Below are positions 1 to 7,134 of a stretch of DNA of 42,200 nt, piece after piece. The translations under genes were made by a program, and so were the position numbers. A model generated the notes under the pieces. The model saw only the letters and a program-made list of their open reading frames with translations, was not told the DNA's origin and did no database searches. Source of the DNA: Cryomorphaceae bacterium (GTDB lineage: Bacteria; Bacteroidota; Bacteroidia; Flavobacteriales; Schleiferiaceae). The DNA lies in NCBI GenBank assembly GCA_038124525.1, contig JAYPCB010000004.1:1-42200 (forward strand). Reading direction: 5' to 3'. Each line of letters begins with the position of its first letter. Within the stretch, counting starts at the first letter, position 1.

Positions 1-9
1 TCTTCTTGT

Positions 10-297
10 ATGGCGTCAGTTATTTTGTTGGTAGCAATCTTGCTTGCTCTTTGGTTCAAGAATATTCCATTTAATTATCGCAGACAGCAAAGAAAAGAAT
101 ACTATGCTCAATACTTAAAGTCTGATGCCTGGCAAAGAAAGAGATTTGTTGTCTTACGCAGAGACAATTGGACTTGTCAAATTTGCGGCGCAAAAGCAAC
201 GGAGGTTCATCACAAGAGATATGCAAAAAACATTGGAAGAGAGCCAATTAAGTGGCTGGTTTCATTGTGTAGAGAATGTCACAGAAATCAGCATTAA
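10..297 (+). CDS. Small HNH-endonuclease-like protein with an N-terminal hydrophobic segment. The frame is open to the window edge, so it may be 5'-partial.
   Basis: Shows CxxC...HH...CxxCH (WTCQICGAKATEVHHKRY...LCRECHRNQH), typical of phage-type HNH nucleases. GC is low: 24/60 in a hand count of nt 1-60. Confidence 0.6.
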   Translation: MASVILLVAILLALWFKNIPFNYRRQQRKEYYAQYLKSDAWQRKRFVVLRRDNWTCQICGAKATEVHHKRYAKNIGREPIKWLVSLCRECHRNQH

Positions 298-397
298 ATA
301 GGCTGCTTATTAGTTGATTTTCTTCATAGATACGGGGATTTTTCTCGCTCCGCTCGAAAGAACCCGGGTGGTGGCCCTAACACCGAAACTTCAATAA

Positions 398-432
398 AGC
401 CATCCCAACCTTCGGTTGGAATTGGCTTTTTT
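398..432 (+). terminator. Imperfect hairpin plus T6 run downstream of the HNH gene
   Basis: CCAACC (405-410) pairs with GGTTGG (414-419). The stem extends to AGCC/GGCT and is followed by TTTTTT at 427-432. Confidence 0.45.
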
Positions 433-473
433 CTTTTGATGGCTCATCGAAGCAAGCTTCAATCGCCCCAAAA

Positions 474-503
474 CAAAAAAGCCACCCACTTTCGTGGATG
501 GCT
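474..503 (-). terminator. Intrinsic terminator after tRNA-Val
   Basis: AGCCACCCA (480-488) pairs with TGGATGGCT (495-503) with one mismatch. The plus-strand A-run at 475-480 reads as a T-run on the minus strand. Confidence 0.5.
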
Positions 504-519
504 TTCTTTCGTTTCGGTG

Positions 520-594
520 TGGGCGCTGAGGGATTCGAACCCCCGACCCCCTGCTTGTAAGGCAGGTGCTCTGAACCAACTGAGCTAAGCGCCC
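520..594 (-). tRNA. tRNA-Val (anticodon TAC)
   Basis: The reverse complement reads GGGCGCTTAGCTCAGTTGGTTCAGAGCACCTGCCTTACAAGCAGGGGGTCGGGGGTTCGAATCCCTCAGCGCCCA. It folds as a cloverleaf with anticodon loop CT-TAC-AA and GTTCGAATC in the T-arm. CCA is not encoded. Confidence 0.9.
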
Positions 595-604
595 GAAGCG
601 GGTG

Positions 605-612
605 CAAATATA
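605..612 (-). promoter_or_regulatory. Bacteroidota -7 box (TAtaTTTG) for tRNA-Val
   Basis: Plus-strand CAAATATA is TATATTTG on the minus strand, 10 nt upstream of the tRNA 5' end. Confidence 0.45.
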
Positions 613-666
613 TAACGCGGAATCATTTCCGCAACTGCTTTTTTGAAAAAAGTTGGGGTGTTCTTT

Positions 667-1161
667 TTATTCCTCTTTAGTGTCCTTAAAGTCAATGCTT
701 AAGCTGTTCACACAGTAGCGGAGGCCGGTGGCGGTGGGGCCGTCGTTGAATACGTGGCCCAGGTGCCCGCCGCAGTTGGCACACATAATTTCGGTGCGGA
801 TCATCCCGTGGGTTTTGTCCAGCTTTTCCACAATGGCGCCGTTGGAGATGCCCTCGTCGAAGGACGGCCATCCGCAGTGAGAATCAAATTTTGAGTCGGA
901 GGTGAACAGTGGGGCGTCGCACGCGCGGCACGTGTAGGTGCCCTCTTCGAAGTGCATATTGTATTCGCCGGTGTAGGGGCGTTCGGTGCCCTTCTCACGG
1001 ATGACAAAGTATTCTTGCGGGGTCAGTTGTTCTTTCCACTGCTGTTCGGTTTTCTCGAGAGGAAATTGGTCCGGTGCCTTATTAATCATGGATTCATTGC
1101 TTTGTGCCTGACAGGAGAGTAGTAGGCTGGTCAATACAGTGATGAGGAAGAGTTGTTTCAT
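667..1161 (-). CDS. msrB: Peptide-methionine (R)-S-oxide reductase MsrB with a signal peptide and possible lipobox
   Basis: Has CRAC and CANC zinc-binding pairs, [15 protein letters not shown] and the catalytic RYCVNS. The N-terminus [17 protein letters not shown] looks like a lipoprotein signal. Confidence 0.9.
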   Translation of the reverse strand: MKQLFLITVLTSLLLSCQAQSNESMINKAPDQFPLEKTEQQWKEQLTPQEYFVIREKGTERPYTGEYNMHFEEGTYTCRACDAPLFTSDSKFDSHCGWPSFDEGISNGAIVEKLDKTHGMIRTEIMCANCGGHLGHVFNDGPTATGLRYCVNSLSIDFKDTKEE

Positions 1162-1184
1162 ATAGAGTGTAACAACGAAGGGGC

Positions 1185-2081
1185 TTAAGGGTTTAGGCCG
1201 TGGAGCAGGAATTCTGTGGAGGTTTGAAGGACTTGGGGGTCGCGAAGGATGCGGCGGTGGCCCAGACCTTCGGTTTCGATGTAGCGGCCGTTTTGGATGT
1301 TGTCGCCAACCAGGCGACCGAGCTCGATGGGGGTGTCGTTGTCGTTGAGGTCGTGGAAGACCAGGGTAGGGATGGTGTTGGTTTTCGCGAGGGACGGGGT
1401 GCTGTAGTCGTCGAAGTTGTCGCCGTGGATGCCTTTGACATAATCCACGAGGCCTTGCTTTACCTTGGCATTGAAGCCCATCACGTCGCAGAACAGGTGT
1501 GCCATCTGGGAGATGAGGCCTGGAGGCGCGTAGAGGATCTGTTGGGCGATGGGGACTTGGTATTCTTGGCCGGCGAATAGGGTGGCGTTACAGCCGAGGC
1601 TGTGGGCAATGGCGGTGTGGATGGGGCCGTGGGTATTGGCGATGTGTTCGATGCACAGGGCAAAATGTGGCATCATCGTGCGCTTGCCGGTGGCGCCACG
1701 GTGGGCCGGCGCGTTGAAGCCGATGATGGTGTAGTCTTGGTAGAGGTTCGGGAGGTTGGCCTCGAGGTGTGCGAGCAGGGCGTGGAATTGGGAAAATCTA
1801 CCTGCCCAGCCGTGGATCAGGAGAATGTTCTTCGGGCCGGTGCCGTGGGTGTACACGGGGTAGGTGACTCCAGTGGGGTGCTTGTGGAGGGTCTTGGTAA
1901 ATTTATCTTCCCAAGGTTGTTCTCTTTTTGGGATGGGGAACGGGTAGGGGGTGAGGAACCAACGCCACGCCAGGCGTGAGGCCAGCGGGGTGCTTAGGGT
2001 TTGCGTGAGGTTGGCCAGGAGCCGCATCCACGCGGGGATCTTAAGTACGGGCGTTTGGGGTTGTTGGGGTTTGCTTGCCAT
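1185..2081 (-). CDS. Alpha/beta-fold hydrolase
   Basis: Has HGW in the oxyanion region, the nucleophile elbow AHSLG, an acidic residue in a late DLNDND stretch, and GLGHR. Confidence 0.75.
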   Translation of the reverse strand: MASKPQQPQTPVLKIPAWMRLLANLTQTLSTPLASRLAWRWFLTPYPFPIPKREQPWEDKFTKTLHKHPTGVTYPVYTHGTGPKNILLIHGWAGRFSQFHALLAHLEANLPNLYQDYTIIGFNAPAHRGATGKRTMMPHFALCIEHIANTHGPIHTAIAHSLGCNATLFAGQEYQVPIAQQILYAPPGLISQMAHLFCDVMGFNAKVKQGLVDYVKGIHGDNFDDYSTPSLAKTNTIPTLVFHDLNDNDTPIELGRLVGDNIQNGRYIETEGLGHRRILRDPQVLQTSTEFLLHGLNP

Positions 2082-2101
2082 AAGACAAAGGTAGGTTGAG
2101 G

Positions 2102-2133
2102 AAAAAGAAAAACCCCAGTGTTTCCACTAGGGT
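2102..2133 (-). terminator. Hairpin plus T-run after tRNA-Leu
   Basis: ACCCCAGTG (2112-2120) pairs with CACTAGGGT (2125-2133) with one mismatch. The plus-strand A-rich run at 2102-2111 is a T-run on the minus strand. Confidence 0.5.
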
Positions 2134-2143
2134 TCTTAAGATG

Positions 2144-2227
2144 TGCCCAGAACAAGACTCGAACTTGCACGCGAATACTCGCACCACCCCCTCAAGATGG
2201 CGTGTCTACCAATTCCACCACCTGGGC
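2144..2227 (-). tRNA. tRNA-Leu (anticodon GAG), class II with a long variable arm
   Basis: The reverse complement reads GCCCAGGTGGTGGAATTGGTAGACACGCCATCTTGAGGGGGTGGTGCGAGTATTCGCGTGCAAGTTCGAGTCTTGTTCTGGGCA. The anticodon loop is TT-GAG-GG. Confidence 0.9.
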
Positions 2228-2237
2228 ATTGTCCAAA

Positions 2238-2245
2238 CAAAGGTA
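2238..2245 (-). promoter_or_regulatory. -7 box (TAccTTTG) for tRNA-Leu
   Basis: Plus-strand CAAAGGTA lies 10 nt upstream of the tRNA 5' end. Confidence 0.4.
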
Positions 2246-2268
2246 GGTAAAGTGTTGCCTCTGTCTGT

Positions 2269-2299
2269 AAAAAAGAAAACCACCTTTGGAAGGTGGTTT
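2269..2299 (-). terminator. Hairpin plus T-run after tRNA-Lys
   Basis: AAACCACC (2277-2284) pairs with GGTGGTTT (2292-2299). The plus-strand A-run at 2269-2275 is a T-run on the minus strand. Confidence 0.5.
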
Positions 2300-2307
2300 T
2301 CTCTTAG

Positions 2308-2380
2308 TGATCCCTCAGGGGCTCGAACCCTGGACCCATACATTAAAAGTGTATTGCTCTACCAACTGAGCTAAGAGATC
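2308..2380 (-). tRNA. tRNA-Lys (anticodon TTT)
   Basis: The reverse complement reads GATCTCTTAGCTCAGTTGGTAGAGCAATACACTTTTAATGTATGGGTCCAGGGTTCGAGCCCCTGAGGGATCA. The anticodon loop is CT-TTT-AA. Confidence 0.9.
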
Positions 2381-2404
2381 AACCTTAGTCCGCTTTGCGG
2401 GCTG

Positions 2405-2412
2405 CAAATATA
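2405..2412 (-). promoter_or_regulatory. -7 box (TAtaTTTG) for tRNA-Lys
   Basis: Plus-strand CAAATATA. The flanking context (TGCAAATATA) matches the tRNA-Val promoter. Confidence 0.4.
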
Positions 2413-2470
2413 AAGACGATTCTTTTTTCCGCAAGTTGGATTGAAAAAAATATGCACATGAATTTTGGGT

Positions 2471-2478
2471 TACTTTTG
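2471..2478 (+). promoter_or_regulatory. -7 box (TActTTTG) upstream of aroK
   Basis: Exact TAnnTTTG 20 nt upstream of the ATG at 2498. Confidence 0.4.
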
Positions 2479-2497
2479 AGGAAGGAATTGGAACACT

Positions 2498-2995
2498 ATG
2501 AAAATCTTTCTTCTAGGCTATATGGCCAGTGGTAAAAGCACACTGGGCGCGGCTTTAGCGGATGCGCTGGATTGTGCATTTATGGACCTTGACGGGCTCT
2601 TAGAGGGCAAGTTGGGGATGCCGGTGGGGGCATATATCGAAGAGAAGGGGGAGCTTTCGTTTCGAAAGGCCGAACACGAAGCCTTGGTTTCTTGGTTAGA
2701 AGAGGGACTGGAGGATGCTGTGGTGGCTTTGGGCGGAGGGACGCCGGTGTTCTACGATCATATGGCGCTGCTGAATGAGGCGGGGCGCACGGTGTTCTTG
2801 GATGTGAGCATAGGGGAATTGGCCCAACGACTCCAAGGAAGTACCGATCGACCGCTCATTAAAAGCCAGGAGGATTTGGTGGAATTTGTGGCCAAACACC
2901 TGTTCGAGCGCCGTCCCTATTACAGTCAGGCGCAGGTGCGTGTGAAGGGCGATGCCCTCGGCGTAGCGGAGCTCAGGGCTGCGCTAGCGATTTAA
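2498..2995 (+). CDS. aroK: Shikimate kinase
   Basis: Has the P-loop GYMASGKST, an LGGG motif, and the size (165 aa) typical of AroK. Confidence 0.85.
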   Translation: MKIFLLGYMASGKSTLGAALADALDCAFMDLDGLLEGKLGMPVGAYIEEKGELSFRKAEHEALVSWLEEGLEDAVVALGGGTPVFYDHMALLNEAGRTVFLDVSIGELAQRLQGSTDRPLIKSQEDLVEFVAKHLFERRPYYSQAQVRVKGDALGVAELRAALAI

Positions 2996-3483
2996 GCTAA
3001 ATAGACATTGACGGCCTTGCCGCCTACGACGTTCAAGTGCACGGTTTCCTGTAGGGTGGTGCTGAGGCTGAGGCCTTTGACATCCGCTTTGACCGGGTAG
3101 CGCTTGTGGCTGCGGTCCACGAGAACGGTGGTACTGAGCACGCGTGGGCGGAAGTTCATGAGCTTGATCACTGCCCAAAGAAGAGTGCGGCCGCTGTTGA
3201 GTACATCGTCCACGAGGGCGAGTTCGGCACCTTCGGGCAGGTCGATCTGAATTTCTTCGAGGACGGGGTTGTCCTTGTCCATCACGAGCTCGTGTAGGGT
3301 GACATCGATATCTGAAATGTCGCGCAGGCGAGTGACTAATTGGTCCGCTAACCAATACCCATTGTCCTTGATGCCCACCACGTGCAGGGTCTTGGCACGG
3401 CTGTGACGGTCGTACAATTCCCAAGCGAGGCGTTGGATTTTGAATTGGATCTCTTCTGCGTTGAGGATTTCAGTGCTGCTCAT
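2992..3483 (-). CDS. Phosphoribosyltransferase family protein (PyrR-like)
   Basis: Has the PRPP-binding motif LALVDDVLNSGRT and is 163 aa. Its stop overlaps the aroK stop convergently. Confidence 0.7.
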   Translation of the reverse strand: MSSTEILNAEEIQFKIQRLAWELYDRHSRAKTLHVVGIKDNGYWLADQLVTRLRDISDIDVTLHELVMDKDNPVLEEIQIDLPEGAELALVDDVLNSGRTLLWAVIKLMNFRPRVLSTTVLVDRSHKRYPVKADVKGLSLSTTLQETVHLNVVGGKAVNVYLA

Positions 3484-3505
3484 AGTGGATGTGTTGGTCG
3501 CGAAG

Positions 3506-4936
3506 TTACGCCCTTAGGACTAATTCAACAACGTTTTCGATGTGATGTGTCTGCGGGAACATATCTACGGCGCGGCTTTGAACGACATCGTACTTCTCGG
3601 CCAACAAGCCCAGATCGCGTGCTTGGGTGGCGCTGTTGCAGCTTACATAGACCATGCGGGGGATTTCGAGCGCCAATAATTGGGCCACTACATCCTTATG
3701 CATACCCTCCCTCGGCGGATCCGTCACAATGATGTTCGGACGGCCGTGCTTCTGTATGAAGGCATCCGTAAACACGTCTTTCATGTCGCCCACGTAGAAG
3801 GTCGCATTATCAATATGGTTGTTCTCCGCGTTGATCTTCGCATCGGCAATGGCCTCTGGTACGAGCTCAATGCCCACCACTTCCTTGGCCTTCTCCGCCA
3901 TAAACAAGGCGATCGTACCTGTACCGGTGTAGAGGTCGAAGACGAGGTCGGTCGGCTGAATGTTGGCCATATCTAGGGCCACTTTGTAGAGTTCGTACGC
4001 CTGGTCTGGGTTGGTCTGATAGAAGCTCTTTGGGCCCAATTTAAACCTGAGTTCCCCCTCACCGCTGTACTTCGGCATGGCCTCCTCGATATAGGGCTGC
4101 CCGTAGAAGGTGTGGATGTCCAGGTCATACATGGTGTCGTTGCCCTTCGGGTTGATGGCATATTGCAGGGAAGTGATCTCTGGGAACACCTCTACGAGGT
4201 CATTCAACAAAGCTTCGCGCTCGGCTTGGAGCTCAGTCCGGAACTGGATCACCACCAGCACATCACCCGTACTGGCCACACGAATCATCATCGTGCGCAG
4301 CCATCCCTCTTGCGAACGTGGGTTGAAGAACGCCAAGTTGCGCTGAATGGCCCAATCGCGAATGAAATTGCGAATGGCATTGGTTGGTTCCGGCTGCAGG
4401 TGACAGGTATCAATATCGAGCACCTTGTCCCAGAACCCTGGGATGTGGAAGCCTGCGCCGCGGCGCTCTTCGAAGGTTTCATCGCTGTCGAGCTGCGCCT
4501 GAGTCAACCATTTGTTGTCGGTAAAGCTGAACTCTAGTTTGTTGCGGTAGCGGTACTGTTTCGCGCTCCCTAGGATAGGGTGGTAGGTTTGAGGGGTGAT
4601 GTGCCCAATTTTTTTCAAATTCTGCTGCACCTCTTTTTCCTTGTAGAACAGCTGCTTGTTGTAGTCCAAATTCTGCCACTTACAACCGCCACATACCCCG
4701 AAGTGCTCACACTGGGCTTCGATGCGGTCCGCGCTGTACTCATGGACATGGATGACCTTACCCTCGAGGTAGGCACGGCGCTTCTTCGTCACCTGTACGT
4801 CCACCACATCGCCGGGCACTCCGCCATTGACGAAGACCACGCGGTCGTTGTGGCGTCCTACCGCCTTGCCTTTGTTGCCCAAATCTGTGAGGTGTACACG
4901 CTCAAGGTTGGGGATGCGTCTATTCTTTCTTCCCAT
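3506..4936 (-). CDS. rlmD: 23S rRNA (uracil-C5)-methyltransferase RlmD/RumA family
   Basis: Has a TRAM domain, the Fe-S cysteines CEHFGVCGGCKWQ, the SAM motif DLYTGTGT and the catalytic VSCN. I place the start at MGRKNRR (4936) because the upstream part of the ORF crosses the neighbour's terminator. Confidence 0.85.
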   Translation of the reverse strand: MGRKNRRIPNLERVHLTDLGNKGKAVGRHNDRVVFVNGGVPGDVVDVQVTKKRRAYLEGKVIHVHEYSADRIEAQCEHFGVCGGCKWQNLDYNKQLFYKEKEVQQNLKKIGHITPQTYHPILGSAKQYRYRNKLEFSFTDNKWLTQAQLDSDETFEERRGAGFHIPGFWDKVLDIDTCHLQPEPTNAIRNFIRDWAIQRNLAFFNPRSQEGWLRTMMIRVASTGDVLVVIQFRTELQAEREALLNDLVEVFPEITSLQYAINPKGNDTMYDLDIHTFYGQPYIEEAMPKYSGEGELRFKLGPKSFYQTNPDQAYELYKVALDMANIQPTDLVFDLYTGTGTIALFMAEKAKEVVGIELVPEAIADAKINAENNHIDNATFYVGDMKDVFTDAFIQKHGRPNIIVTDPPREGMHKDVVAQLLALEIPRMVYVSCNSATQARDLGLLAEKYDVVQSRAVDMFPQTHHIENVVELVLRA

Positions 4937-4940
4937 ACCG

Positions 4941-4948
4941 CAAAAATA
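4941..4948 (-). promoter_or_regulatory. -7 box (TAttTTTG) only 4 nt upstream of the rlmD ATG
   Basis: The minus strand reads TATTTTTG-cggt-ATG. Confidence 0.4.
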
Positions 4949-4950
4949 CC

Positions 4951-4982
4951 GATAAAAGAAAGGGCGGCCCTCAGGCCGCCCT
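4951..4982 (-). terminator. Intrinsic terminator of the T9SS-cargo gene
   Basis: AGGGCGGCC (4961-4969) pairs with GGCCGCCCT (4974-4982). A T-rich tract follows on the minus strand. It lies 25 nt past the TAA at 5007-5009. Confidence 0.6.
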
Positions 4983-5096
4983 TCAATATTTAACAGGAAA
5001 TACCTTTTACTGCACAATCACTGGTTGAGCATGGCTTGCGCCGCGCGTGGTAGTGATGAGCAGGTATGTACCTTGTGCTAACGAAGCAGTAGAAAT

Positions 5097-7031
5097 CTAT
5101 ACGCGGTGGCCGCCTGTGAAATCTGCCTGGGTGCGAACGAACTCGCGACCCGCCATATCCACTAGACGAACGGTGGCTTCCTCGCTGAAATCACCCTCCA
5201 CGAACAACACATCAGTAGTTGGGTTCGGGTAGATCTTCATTTGTGCGGCGAGAGAATTTTCGAATTGGCCAATGGTATACGTAGCATCCACACTCTGCAA
5301 TACTTCCTTCGTGCTGGCGTCTTGAATCCAAAGGATCACGCCAAGATTTGAGAAATCTTCCACCGTGTGGTTGGTACTGAGGTTTACTGGGCTCTGTGCG
5401 CTCGGTGGCAACACGTAGGTGCCGTTGAAGGTGTAGCTCAACTGCTTAGATACCGTAGAACCAGAAGTCAAGGCGCTCAAGCTTTCACCTGATGAGCTAG
5501 GCATAAGTTTCTTTACAACATGGAAGAACTCCGTTTCACCGTTGGTCTTCACGTTAGCGGTATCTCTGATCGAGTAGATGGCTGCGAAGAGCTTCAAGTT
5601 GTTGCTGCTCACATCTGCCAATGGCGTGATGGTCACATCCGTTTCAATGGTTTTGCTCCAACGAGACCAAGTCGCTGACATCTGAACGAACGCCGGTTGG
5701 TTTTGGTAGTAATCATAAACTGCCTGAGTCAACGAGTTACCATTGCCGTCCCAGCCGCCGTCAATCTCTACGCGAGGTACTGAGTTGATGCCGTAGAACG
5801 TACGACGGTCGCCACCTTCGCTGAAGTAGTATGGGTCACCCGTTCCTGGCCAGCTCATTTGGTATTTGATGGAGTTGTGCTCGCCTTCGTTCAATGCGAA
5901 CAGCGCCTCCATGGTTGAGTTTGCTGGCGTACATGGTGCACACGTCGAAGAAGTAAAGGTCTCGTACAATGGGTACCGCTGCGTCAACGCCGTCACGACT
6001 TGTACGGTCAATGAAACGGTATCGTTGGCGGTGTTTTGGTCGTTGTTCGACCCGTTTAGGCCGCTCAACCAAGCCTTCAATTCATAGGAGCCAGTGGTGG
6101 ATGGGTTCCAATTCGTTCCTGAAGACAAGGTTCCCGTCGAGCCGCTGGCAATGCTCAAGCTGCTCAATGACGAGGTCACTGGCGTACCGCCGTCAACACT
6201 GTAGTTAAAGGTGGCGCTGGTCAAGGTCTGTGCACCGTTGTTCACGAAGTCCGCTTCGATAGTATAAGGTGCCGTGTTCAAGCCGAGGTAAGGGCTCACG
6301 TTTAGGCTCACGCCGCCCATCTCGTAATCTGGCTGTACCCCTTGAATGAAGGTGTAGTGTGTGTTGTCTGAGCGGTCAGGAGCATTGGTGCTCTGGCTGG
6401 CCACGCCGTTCAAGCTGTCGATCACCGTGCTGCTCACGCGTACCCCTAGGTTGAGAGAACCTGAGAAGGTTGCGGTGCGCTGGTCCACGATGTAGATGTT
6501 GTTGGTAGATTCTTCCAATACCACTGACCAGTACGTCCAGTGGCTACCGCTGGTTCCGGTTCCGCTGTACGAGCTGAACATTACCCAGTGCTGACGGTTC
6601 GGAGAAGTTCCGAATGTCGCTTTGGCCACCTGGTCGTTCGATCCACTACCGTTTATCCCCAACACACAGATCGATGAATCTGGTACGTTGCTGCTGGCCA
6701 ATGATACTGCCGTACCACCGCTGTTATTAGCAGGACTGCTGGCTTGCGAGAAGGTAAGGATACCGGTATTTGATACGCGGTACGTGGTTACCGTATCGCC
6801 ATTGAACAAGAAGTTGAATGGGATGCTCTGTGAAGAAGTGTAGGTTCCTGCGCTTTGTCCGGCGCTAAGAATGGAAGACCAAGTAGAAGGTAGACCCCCG
6901 CTCACCGGGTACTCTGAATCTTCTTGGTTGATGTTGTTCGGGTTGCCCGAGGCCCCCGAGAGGTGGTAGTATTGCGCTTGCGCGGTCAAACCAAATGCCA
7001 CCGTAAGAAGTGCGAGTAATAGTTTTTTCAT
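5097..7031 (-). CDS. Secreted Ser/Thr-rich protein with a thioredoxin-like CAPC region and a T9SS C-terminal sorting domain that is cut by an in-frame TAG (see finding)
   Basis: Has the signal peptide MKKLLLALLTVAFGLTAQAQ and a C-terminus KIYPNPTTDVLFVEG...VRLVDMAGREF that matches the start of a Por secretion tail. The same frame continues past the TAG to 5007. Confidence 0.75.
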   Translation of the reverse strand: MKKLLLALLTVAFGLTAQAQYYHLSGASGNPNNINQEDSEYPVSGGLPSTWSSILSAGQSAGTYTSSQSIPFNFLFNGDTVTTYRVSNTGILTFSQASSPANNSGGTAVSLASSNVPDSSICVLGINGSGSNDQVAKATFGTSPNRQHWVMFSSYSGTGTSGSHWTYWSVVLEESTNNIYIVDQRTATFSGSLNLGVRVSSTVIDSLNGVASQSTNAPDRSDNTHYTFIQGVQPDYEMGGVSLNVSPYLGLNTAPYTIEADFVNNGAQTLTSATFNYSVDGGTPVTSSLSSLSIASGSTGTLSSGTNWNPSTTGSYELKAWLSGLNGSNNDQNTANDTVSLTVQVVTALTQRYPLYETFTSSTCAPCTPANSTMEALFALNEGEHNSIKYQMSWPGTGDPYYFSEGGDRRTFYGINSVPRVEIDGGWDGNGNSLTQAVYDYYQNQPAFVQMSATWSRWSKTIETDVTITPLADVSSNNLKLFAAIYSIRDTANVKTNGETEFFHVVKKLMPSSSGESLSALTSGSTVSKQLSYTFNGTYVLPPSAQSPVNLSTNHTVEDFSNLGVILWIQDASTKEVLQSVDATYTIGQFENSLAAQMKIYPNPTTDVLFVEGDFSEEATVRLVDMAGREFVRTQADFTGGHRV

Positions 7032-7093
7032 AATTGTTCGTGATTTGATTTGTTGAAGTTATCAAATTCTGCCCTAATCGGACCCAACGCCCT

Positions 7094-7101
7094 TATATTT
7101 G
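7094..7101 (+). promoter_or_regulatory. -7 box (TAtaTTTG) upstream of rocD
   Basis: Exact TAnnTTTG 33 nt upstream of the ATG at 7135. Confidence 0.4.
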
Positions 7102-7134
7102 TAGCACACCCAAATAATTTAATTGATTTCGAGC

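Noticed and set aside
377-607. ORFs of 76 and 62 aa overlapping tRNA-Val, and the 92-aa ORF 2096-2374 overlapping tRNA-Leu and tRNA-Lys
   Set aside because: They run across tRNA genes and terminator hairpins and are not plausible coding sequence.
2984-3424. 146-aa Arg/Pro/Gln-rich ORF in another frame of the phosphoribosyltransferase gene
   Set aside because: Its low-complexity composition is typical of an off-frame reading. The overlapping frame carries the PRPP-binding motif.
4937-5017. N-terminal extensions given by the ORF track (rlmD 4937-5017; also 9328-9429, 17311-17394, 18846-18869, 36256-36327, 37923-37931)
   Set aside because: The extensions cross a neighbour's terminator or coding region, or lie upstream of a -7 box. 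A downstream ATG in each case gives a proper signal peptide or a conserved N-terminus.
5097-5099. TAG reassignment (a genetic-code change) as the explanation for the in-frame stop in the T9SS CTD
   Set aside because: TAG is used as an ordinary terminator elsewhere in the window (for example the BNR gene at 29764-29766 and the TonB-dependent receptor at 10253-10255). A code change is therefore unlikely.
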